Assembly (NCBI GenBank): GCA_905178155.1
Contig: CAJINV010000023.1
Span: forward strand, 754,775 to 804,412
Direction of reading: 5' to 3'
Source: Amoebophrya sp. A120
Taxonomy: Eukaryota; Protista; Dinoflagellata
DNA length: 49,638 nt
This document shows positions 34,597-44,149 of the stretch, piece by piece (position 1 is the first letter of the stretch; each line of letters opens with the position of its first letter). A program made the translations under genes and the position numbers. The notes under the pieces are model-generated. The model did not search any database. It saw nothing but the letters and a program-made list of their open reading frames with translations, and was not told the origin of the DNA.

Positions 34597-34601
34597 TTGA
34601 A

Positions 34602-36219
34602 CAGGTCGTGAAAACTCTGCCGAAGAAGAACCCAGTGCCCTGCTCGGGAATAAATCGTCGAAATCTACTGCGCTGGTGCATCAGCACCACGTGCGCGACT
34701 CCAAACATTATCAAAAAAAGAACATCGCCGGCGCAGCCACTTTTTATGTGTGTTTACTTGTTGGCCATCTACCGAACGCGTCCTGCGCGAAAATTCATCA
34801 CAGTCAAGCTTATTTCACTGTTTCCAATGGAAAGAAGCAATTGTCATGCACGCCGGGTCCTCATTTCCATACTTTTTGCAAGGAAGTTGTGACTGCGATG
34901 CATTTTTTTTTTTGATAAGCGGACCAACATGTCGGGCGTCAGTGCCGGGCACTGCCACATCGTGACTGGCAACGAGAAGAACTTCAAACCGGTGGCGCAG
35001 TATAAAACAGCAAAAGAAGTCATGGACGATCCAGCTGTCCAGGAGCAACGCAAGAACCGTATCGACGTGTTGATATCAAATGCAAACATATTCGGACCTG
35101 GAAAACTGTCATGCTCTTATGTGTGTGAGCGACATCAAACTACTGACTGCAGTACCTGGTCCAGCACGGGGACTGGCACTCGCTGAATAGTTCTTATTTT
35201 GTTGAGCGTGGGGCGCATAGGACAGCGTGATTCTGCATGACGACGGAGACGTACTATTCCGCAAGAAGATTCATCTACAAAGCTCATCTTCACGAGCATG
35301 GAGTTATTCCAGAAATTCGGCATTACATCAAGTTTTGCAATTATTTTCCAGACCCGGACATGTTTGCAATGCATAACTGAACAACAAAAACGGCAAAAAA
35401 AAACTGCACGTTGATATTACAATGAAACGTCCCCCATGCCCGTACTCAATCGCGACCATGAAGAGCGTGGTCATGCTACAAGGAAGAGATACGGAATGTC
35501 GTGTTGGCTGGCGTGGGAACGCCTTGCGTCTCCAGCATGACAAGAAGCTACTGGAGGCGGGAGACAGGATGTCGACAAATTGGCTGCAAGCGAGGCTGCA
35601 ACCGTGTCTCTCGTCCTTCTAGCAGTCATGGGTAATTTGAACGCAAATCCAGCATTACAAATTTCTTTTTCACTACGGATAGGGGGGATTTTTCCTAACA
35701 ATAATTCACTTCGTGCTGGACGACGAATTGGTTCAATTCATTAGGTATGCTTTGCAAATACGTCTCGATCTGGATTTGTGATGCGGAAGTTGCGAGACGC
35801 CAAGATCTGTATTGCATCAACGGGACTGAACAGTTTTTTTTTTCGTGCTGGCAGACAGTATGCCATGCTAGATACGAATCAACTTGCAAGAACACCGGAA
35901 AAACTTGTAATGCGTTCACGCCGTACAAAAGACTGCTTTGTCATGCAAGGCTCAGCGTGCCTTTTATCCAGACCGAGAAATATTTCTATTTGATACGCGG
36001 GAAAATGCGGTTTGGGAAAAAGAGATGCTTGCCAGTAACAAAACGAAAACGAAGACGAACGGCAATAAAAACCGAGAACTTCTGGCCAACAAAGACCCAA
36101 TCGTCCGCTTGAGCCTCGCTCTGGACTTTTGGGGGTACGAGATCGATCTCGAATTCCAGCCGGACGGTATGCAAACACTTTCAAGAGTTGGCTTTTCTCT
36201 AAGCGCCTACGTGTTGTAA
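34602..36219 (+). CDS. Hypothetical protein with four older introners; 5' end unresolved
   Basis: Element+5 excision gives ...HVRDSKH-TNMSGV...RIDVL-NNKNGKKKLHV-DFVLDDELVQFIR-ENAVWEK...LALDFWGYE...*. Confidence 0.55.
34709..34917. mobile_element. Decayed TIR introner
   Basis: TATCAAAAAAA/TTTTTTTGATA; 5-mers largely lost (AACAT/AGCGG); 214 nt restores frame. Confidence 0.7.
35074..35375. mobile_element. TIR introner, family B
   Basis: GTTGA/ACTGA; 307 nt. Confidence 0.85.
35415..35703. mobile_element. TIR introner, family A
   Basis: GTTGA/ATTCA; 294 nt. Confidence 0.85.
35746..35995. mobile_element. TIR introner, family B-like
   Basis: TTAGG/CGCGG; 255 nt joins to ORF 35938. Confidence 0.78.
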
Positions 36220-36326
36220 GACTTTTGATTTATCATTATTTGCGTGGTGCTATGCGAATGCGCTTGCATCTTTTCCACTGTTCCGGCGAGTAGCCGCGTT
36301 GTGTATGAATATCTCTCTCACCTCCC

Positions 36327-37450
36327 CCAGGTGACGGAAGTTGCCTATACCGTGCGATAGCGGAACTGGTGTACGACTGGCCAGATTTCTGGTCCAAAGT
36401 GCCGCAATCCAAGAAGAACACGCGCGAGGAACACCGCTTGCAGGATCTTTACTACTCTCTGCGGCAGCTGGTAGATTTGCGTTTCATTTTCCGCATGAAT
36501 GTGATGAAGTGCAAAAGTTGCCCACTTCTGTGCCTTCGCTTTTACAGTTACCTTGTTCATGCTCGGAGTGGATGCCGAGTCGCGACCTAATGCCAAGAGA
36601 TATGAAAAACGACAGGTCGCGACTTACTACCAACACAACCGCGCTTATTATGAGTCGCTCGGCCTCTTCCCCGCGTTGGGTACTATATCGAAAGACAAAA
36701 GCGATATCATTACACAGCGCGCCGAAAACTCCACACTTTTACTGCCCTGAAGAGTGGCACTTTTTGGCGTGCCGGGAAGCCGTCCCGTTTTCCCTGTGCG
36801 ACGTTTTAGCACTTCGCCCTGCAGGTAGCGAGCGGCTGCTGCCGTTGTATGTTAAACTGGCTAGCTAAGGAGGCATGCGGTTTGGGTGTCTGTTCCGGAT
36901 TGGCAGTCCAGCACGAAGGTTGCCGGCGTGACGCCTCCGGGCCCCACCTCGTGGGGCCAGCGGGCTGCCGGGCCTGAGATTAAAAAGCACGCTCTTGACG
37001 TGGTCCGCGATATCGGGCAGCTGGCCTCCTTAGCTAGAGTAGTCAACTGAAGCAACCGTACGTAGCTGCTTACAGACGCTCTTTTTTCATGGAAAACAAA
37101 GCAAAGCGCAACGGACACGACCGCCAGCAAAATGCTCAAAAGTATTTTAGTCCAGTTCTTGCACCATGAAAAAAACGGCATTTTCGGCGCGATGTGTAAC
37201 TGCGTCGCTTTTTTCTTTCGATGTACCACCCTGGACGAGCATTGCAGGAAGGTCGCGGACGAGACAAACCACGAATGGGCGGACGAGCACGATATTTTGG
37301 CCCTCGGCGAGGCGCTGGGGTTGGAGAAGATCCTACGCGCTGCAGTTCTGCCCTAGCCCTGCAGGCTCAGCAATCCCGAGCACGATTGTACGCCTCCTAT
37401 TTCTGTATGGCAATCGTTGCGCGTCGCTCTCGACGGGTCGCGGGTCATGA
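36327..37450 (+). CDS. OTU-like cysteine protease (deubiquitinase fold), exon structure unresolved, possibly inactive or a pseudogene
   Basis: GDGSCLYRAIAELVY (Cys box); TLDEHCRKV...EWADEHDILALGEALGL; LLFLYGNRCASL where HY is expected; pyrimidine-rich CAG acceptor-like sites. Confidence 0.6.
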
Positions 37451-38574
37451 TTGCCCCATAACCCCCATCCACGAGCGCAGTGCTGAGCCTTGGACTAGGG
37501 CAAGTTCTTTCGACGTGATAGCCAACGATCATGCACGATAAGGGTAAGGAGCCACGTGTTTACAATCTCGGGACGAATAATCTGGTTACCCGGCCGCCAC
37601 GGTATCGCTCGGAAAAAGAACCACGCCCATAGATTATTCTAAGCAAGTTGCGGCGGTTGTGTAGTGTGATGGACAGCCGCCTTCTCGGCGCTCAGCGAGC
37701 ACTGCAAGCCTATCAGTTGCCCGGCTTTTATATTATAAAAGCCGGGCATGAGCAAAGGACTTAAACGTAGAAGTGGCTCAAGGAAGTGCGATAGTTTTCG
37801 CGTGCTTTTTTTGCCTCTTCTAAGATTACAAGCAAAACGCATGCTATGGCCGCGCTTTTGGGTGGCCGGTTTGGAACCTAGCCACCCCTCCGCCGCGGCC
37901 CCACTTTTCAATGGCCCGCTTGGGCCAGGGTTGCCGGTGGGCTCCGCATATTGAAGAGGGTGAGAACTTCTAGAGTTATGGGCGCCGCCGACAGGTGGCA
38001 TCTAGGGGGCCAAAAATTGCTGCATGTGTGTGTTGCGGATGAGGGAGTGTTGAAGTGGGCGCTTCAACTTTCCCTCGATGAGGGAAAGGCGAAGTGGCCA
38101 CCTCAACTCTCCTTCTATAAAAGTGGCCACTTCAACTTTCCTCCAATGGAGGGAAGTCGAAACAGCCATCGCCACACTTTTGCGCTCCTTTCTGCGTTAC
38201 AAATTGCCGACCATGGCGGCAATTTGTAACGCAGAAATGAAGGACAGCAGCAAGCTCGTCGCATTTTCTCCTTTTGTTCTTCTTTTCTGCATCTGTAATG
38301 CAGAAATGAAGGGAAGGAGTAGAGTTTTTGAAATGGCTATTGTTGAAACGGCCACTTCAACAACTCCGCATTTCTTTTGTCCTTCATTTCTGCACTAGAA
38401 ATTGCCCAGCTTCTGGTCTACAAATTGCCACTACTGGCCTACTGTACAGAAGGCAACAGGCTTGCGGTGCTCGTTTGCTTTCGAATCAATGCAAAAAAGC
38501 GATTGGCTGCGTATGGGGTGAATGAATGCAGCGACCCAAAAAATAAAAAATTGCATGATAGAGGCAACTTGCAA

Positions 38575-38682
38575 TATCGTATTGGCGTGTTTTTGTATTG
38601 GATACGCTAGAAACCATCCAGAAATACCTGCCGGTCGACCCCGACAGCATGCCGAGAAAGATCGTTATCGCCAATTACGGTA
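38575..38682. mobile_element. Miniature TIR element
   Basis: TATCGTATTGGCG/CGCCAATTACGGTA; TGCAA/TGTAA. Confidence 0.6.
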
Positions 38683-39417
38683 TGTAAGACTAATATCTGG
38701 GGCCAGCTTGTGCTGCCTTTGGTCTTTTGAAATTGTCACTGAATGCGTGGAGTGTCGTCTCACTGGTCCTGGCCCTGTGCCAACGGAGAGACGAAACGAA
38801 AAAAATCTTGAAATAAGAAAAAAAGGAGCGCTAGCGTCGACTAACACTACAACAGGGGAGGTGCACTACGTACTGCTGAGACATGTCTTACCCGATTCGA
38901 AGCCCGACCTCGGCAACATCGTCAAGCGCGTAGCCGGGAAAATGAAGAAAAAGAGTGCCGCTCGTGGTGGGGCTACGTCTTCTGCCTCGGGCAAGAAGAC
39001 CGGAATCATATCAAAGTGAAAAGCTCCCCACCTCCAGAAGTAAGAAACGTTTCTGAACTTACCTAGGCGCGAGACTGTTGATCTATGCATGCAATGACTG
39101 GAAGTAGTCGCCGCCCATCACGAAGCTCTTGATTTTCTTTTCCGCACCATCGCAAATTTGTGTTGCTGGCATATGCAGGACCATGAGAAGGGTTCCCGTA
39201 GTTGTGAAATATTGCAACTCAAAGGACGCTTGTCCTTCCTGGGGTAGGGGGCTTTTCAATAGGATAAGCGAAGAAGTCCCAGTCCAAGGTACTACCATAT
39301 GGATCTCACTGGCGCAATTCGGAATGTTCAAGAAGAACGCCGTACGTTTGGTATTGTTTCCCTGCCCGTCATTCAAGCAGGACGCATGTTGTTGTAGCAT
39401 TCTCTTCTAATAGTATA

Positions 39418-40159
39418 TTGCGCAAGACTGTCGCAAACGCAAAACTACAGAACCCCAGTTCGAAAAACGGTTCTTCCAAGGGCAAAAAAATGGCAACGAT
39501 GAAGGCTCCGGCGACGAAGGGGAAAGCGGCTGGCACGACGAATACCACGCAAAGTGTGAAGACCAAGCGTAAAAAACAAACCGGCAAGAAGAACTCCCCC
39601 AGTGTGCAGACAACGAAGAAGTCGAGTGTGCAGACAACGAAGAAGTCGAGTGTGCAGACGTCCAACAAGTCGAGTGTGGCTCCGAAGTCGTCAAAGGGTG
39701 TGAAGATGGGAACTGGGCAGAAGATATCCAACGCAAATATGTCGTGGCCCCTAGCAATGCACACTGGTGACTTGCTGACATTCTAAACTCAAAAAAACTG
39801 TCACGCGTGGGCCGAAAGTTGGCAAATTTGTACTGAAAGAGGGGACCTCTCATGCCCAATAGGCATCGAAATGTCCTTTCTTTAAAGAGAACGCGTTGCA
39901 CTGTAACCTGCTTTCCAGGAGACCTGTTGGGGCAGGAGCATACAGAATCAACACAATGGCATGTTGCAGTCAGTGTTCCAGGCACACACGACATATTTCC
40001 AGTGCATAGACCAAGAAGTCCTCCGGCGGTGGGAAGAAACCAACCGGCGCTGCTCCGAAATCGACAAAAAAAACCGGTGGAAACAACACGAAGAAAATGA
40101 ACAAGATGAAGAGCGCAAAAAATGTAAAAAAGACCGACGGCAAGAGAAAGATGCAGTGA
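39418..40159 (+). CDS. Highly basic Lys/Ser/Thr-rich low-complexity C-terminal region; upstream exon(s) probably ~38690-39008
   Basis: ORF 39418 joined across 39725-40013 to KKSSGGGKKPTG...KRKMQ*. Confidence 0.55.
39601..39677 (+). repeat. 24-bp coding minisatellite, ~3 units (SVQTTKKS)
   Basis: AGTGTGCAGACAACGAAGAAGTCG tandem. Confidence 0.9.
39725..40008. mobile_element. TIR introner, family B-like
   Basis: AAATATGTCGTG/CACGACATATTT; GAAGA/GACCA; 289 nt restores the Lys-rich frame. Confidence 0.8.
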
Positions 40160-41365
40160 GGTGCATGGTGGTGACATGTTTTTCCAGTGCGAAAAAGTGG
40201 TGAAGTTGATCATGGTCGAGTATTTTGATTTACTCCTCTACTGCTCCTACCGACTGTAGTTCAAATGTGCTCTTTCCTGATTTGCTAAGCCCACACAAAA
40301 ATGTTGGCTCATCGTGGCTGTAGGCTCCTTTCCTTTTTAACTATGTGCTACTGATTTGATGCAGACACATTCACTATTCGACTGACTATTTTCACGGTTT
40401 TGCTTTCGATAGCATTTTGCTGCGGGCGATACCTGGCCAAACGCTCTGATGATATGAGACATGATTTTTTTGAAGCTAAAAGCTTTCGAAAGAATACGAC
40501 AAGCAGCTTCTGACTAGCGGTTGTTGCATTTTCTTGCGCCACAAATTTTGAATGTGAACGACTATTCCCCTGCTCGACCGAACTCCCGACGCGGGTCTTT
40601 GTAACCTGCCCGTGTTCCTTCTTGTCGGACCGATGATGATCGAGATCAGTTTACAGCCTGGGTAATGGTAAATGCCAGTGCTGGTAAAACTGATTCTTCT
40701 TGATGTTCAACTTCCTTGATCGCAACCGATCAATGTTGTGGTGCTCGCAAGTGTATAGAATCATCCGAAAAGTGGAAACGGTAAAGCTATCGCTATGGCA
40801 CCGAAGTTTTTTTTTTTGTTTTGTAAGTGCTCGGACCTAGCGGCAAAAGTGTATTGCTCAAGTCCAAAGCTTCGTGCTTTTTTCTTGGTTTCTCGAGAAG
40901 ACTGTTTTTTTGAATGGACGTTGCGGCACTTTCTGAGTGTATGAGCGCGGGGAATCTCCTGTGTAAAAACATATCCCCAGCTGCCCTAGAACCAAATTGC
41001 GATGTCTCATATACTAATAGACTTTAGCACAAGAAACTTCGGCGCTGTAGCATGGTCGTGCAGCTTACCGGTGTCAGCGGCTACTAATGGCCACATCGCG
41101 GTCTGACTTTGAGAGTCTGAGCAGATCGTCGCATATCTTGAAACACGATTATAAAATGCTCCCATGCGTTGACCCGCGACGCACTCACTGGGCGTGCAAA
41201 CACGCATAAGAACTGCTGGGCTGGCGCGTCGGGTTGCCACAGGATGGAGAACAACACTTCCTGACGTGGAAGTCTCTTCATAGACGTCCAGTATTTGGTT
41301 CTCACTTGGCGCCGGTGATTGTTGTGGAGTTTCGTCTGCTTGTTGTTGCTTTACACTTCGGCACG

Positions 41366-43569
41366 ATGGGGGGCCCCAATTTCTTGGAAAAAGTCAAGCT
41401 CCACGTGCAGTACGCGTATGTAGCGGTTAAGGACAAGAGGACGAACGTTTCCGGCAGAGCAGTCGAGGAAGCTCTGCGCATCCTACTTGAGCTTGCGGAG
41501 AAGTATGGACATTTTATCGACAACGTGGAGCCGTTCACATCGCTGCAGAAAGTAGCAGGCGCTAGTGCCGTTCATCAAAAGAATAAGAAGGACCTTCTTC
41601 GAAGTCAAAGCTGCCCACCTCAGGCGTCTTCGCATGTCAGCGGCAAGCGACCCGGGAACAAGTTTCAGCCAGGGCGCCGCGACGGAGATAACAGCGCGAA
41701 GCTAGCGCGTGAGCAACCACAGCTACAAAAGCAGAACGCGGAGGAGCCAGCCCGTCCGCGCAGACTTTCAACCAACAAAAGAATGGCGATCAACGCCAGC
41801 CCAGAACAAGGCGGCGGCAGTTGTTCCGTCGACCTTGGAGCTAATGCTGCAGAGCAGAAAGAGGATGAGGACGCGCTCCCAGAGACGAAGGCGAGCGCTA
41901 AGGCAGTTTCCGGTCGTGGGGCCAGTGCACAAGCAGTACCAAAAGCAAAGCCGTCCGACCTCGCCTTGGTGGCAGTGCGTCACAACGGAATATCTGCTGA
42001 AAATATGATGTCTGGGTCCCGAAGGTTGCAGCGAGTTTCATCCTTGAATAGCAGAAACGCATAAAGTTATGCGCTGCATTTAGCTCATGCAAAACGAAGG
42101 GCAGCTTGTTTGTCATGGGTAGCTGTGCACTGAGGTCTGCTTAAAACAGAAGAAGTGCGCTTTGTTCGTTATTGCAACTCTCCAGACTGAGACACGTTCG
42201 CACTTGATACGGGAGAGCCGCTTCCTCGAAGAAATTACGGAAAGTGGCATCAGCGGAGCATTTCACCGCTGGCGAAATTGGTGACGACCGGGATATGAAG
42301 CCGAAGGAAACGATGACGATGAGCAGTATGAAGGTGAGTAAGAGCGGCGGCATCTTTTCCGGGAAAAACCACGCACCACATGCCTCCTCCGAACCGAAAG
42401 CGGGAAGCGCGGGAGTATCAAATGATAACAACGCCGCCAACTCTCGCGCAGATAAAGCGGCAAAACAGGCCGGCGAAAAGTCGCCCGCTGCAGTGGCGGC
42501 ACCCTCGAAGCTGGAGAACGTCGGCGAGCTGAATCCTGCTGCGGTCGATGACGATGGAAATCTGGAAGACGCCGTATCCAGGCTGTTGGCGTTTATGGGG
42601 CCGCTGCTATCCTGTGTAAAAACGTCTCCACCGCAGAACTGTCATGCAGGTTTACGAAGACAGGATCATTTGTGATGCGCATCCCCAAGATAGGCAATTC
42701 TAGTACTCGCGTTGGGAAATTTGTAATGCTGTAAACAGCCTATAAGGAGATGGATTTGTATAATGCGGCTGTCCTTGCTAAATCGCATTACCCTACGGAC
42801 TGCACTTTATCATGCGTGAATCCCACAAATTCTAGGTTTGTGCTGCAAAGCCACCATCTTGGGTCTGGAGTGGAGACGTTCTTCCTCAGGATAGCTGCTG
42901 AACATGAGCAACAGCCAAAAGCAGCACGGAATTGAGGTTGAGAAGAAGTGCAGGAAGTGGCTAGCAGACACGGCAGCGAAGATGCTTAACCGAGTGCGGC
43001 TTGTATCCAAAATAAAAGCACGCCCGTGCCATATACAACAGGCCGAAAGACGAACGCTCTGAGCCCGATGTATATATCCAGGCTTACAGGTCGCATTCGT
43101 CGTCCTTGTCGCGCCTGTTGATTTTGATGGAGACTGGCACCCAATGAAGGCAAGATGGTCGAGAATGGGATGCCCGCGTCCTTCTCTTTTTCAGGAGCAA
43201 CATGTCTACCCACCCACATTCGAAGGATGGCGCTTCGTATTTGTCGCCGCGGGCTGCTTTTGTTTTGGATACGCCGACGAAGATGGAGAGGACAGGGAGG
43301 AACAGATACTCTGCGACGAAACATCCCCGGAAGGGGTGCTGGCAAGCTCTTTCAAGACGGTGGCGGGTTTGCGGGTGCTCCAGTCGCGGGGCAGCGGATC
43401 TTTTCCGGACCACTGCTTCCGAGACGAGGTCCACGAGCTGACCCCGCTCGCCGTTCTGCAGGTTGTGCCGGGGCTATCCATCAGACAAATCCAGCAGCAA
43501 GCAGCTGGAGCAAACGGGCCTGCGAGGTGCGCGCCGTCGAGGCGCGCCCGTTGTCGCTCGCCTTCGTAA
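41366..43569 (+). CDS. Hypothetical protein with three introners; may be the N-terminal part of the downstream kinase-like gene
   Basis: ORFs 41234, 42244 and 43144 join in frame after element+5 excision; ATG 41366. Confidence 0.6.
41991..42209. mobile_element. TIR introner, family B-like
   Basis: CGGAA/CGGGA; 224 nt. Confidence 0.82.
42608..42893. mobile_element. TIR introner, family C, reverse orientation
   Basis: Perfect GCTGC; 291 nt. Confidence 0.92.
43004..43271. mobile_element. TIR introner
   Basis: TATCCAAAA.AAAAGCA TIR; GCTTG/CGCCG; 273 nt. Confidence 0.82.
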
Positions 43570-44149
43570 AGAATAAAGCGCGGCGCAGGCGGGCGCGAGC
43601 GTGCCGGCCGGCCGGCCGTGCGCTGACTGTTTGCCCGTGCGCAAAAACCACGGATGGCGCGGACTCACGCACGCTGCCGCAAGCCCTACCAACGCCAAAG
43701 AAAGGACAGCCGGCCCTGCATTAAAAGCGGCGCCGCGCCCTGCACGCCCTCTAACCCAGACAAGACAGCCCCCCATCGCGGGCCGGGGCGGTGGGAGGGG
43801 GGGCTGGAACGCCAGCCGCGCCGCAAAGCGCAAAAGAACGCTGGCCGGGGCAGGAAGCTGCCCCGGGATTGCCGCAGCGCCCGGGCGCATCGCATGGACT
43901 GGGGTCCGCCCAGCGACTGCCAAGCCGGCCCGGTGTGGCGCTAGGGGAGGTAGATAGCATCCCGCGCGCCACCGTTCGTACGGCCGGTGTTTAGGGTGTC
44001 ACGGGAGAACGCCGTCGGGGCCCATCGCTGCGCGCATTCCAGCTGCGGCCATGTATCACGCAATCATTGCCGAAAGCTGTGAAAAGTAGCTGCGCGTGCT
44101 AGTCGCGGCTCGTGGCACTAGGCGCGCCCCGTGATCGGCACTGTCCCGC

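Noticed and set aside
39009-39412. Introner joining ORF 38522 to ORF 39418
   Set aside because: The left end looks real, but the right end is ambiguous and element+5 gave the wrong frame; left unresolved.
1127-43271. Ciliate-type IES (DNA elimination)
   Set aside because: TA ends and direct repeats are reminiscent, but TAA/TAG/TGA all act as stops and retention of the upstream repeat fits RNA processing. Disfavoured, not formally excluded without DNA data.
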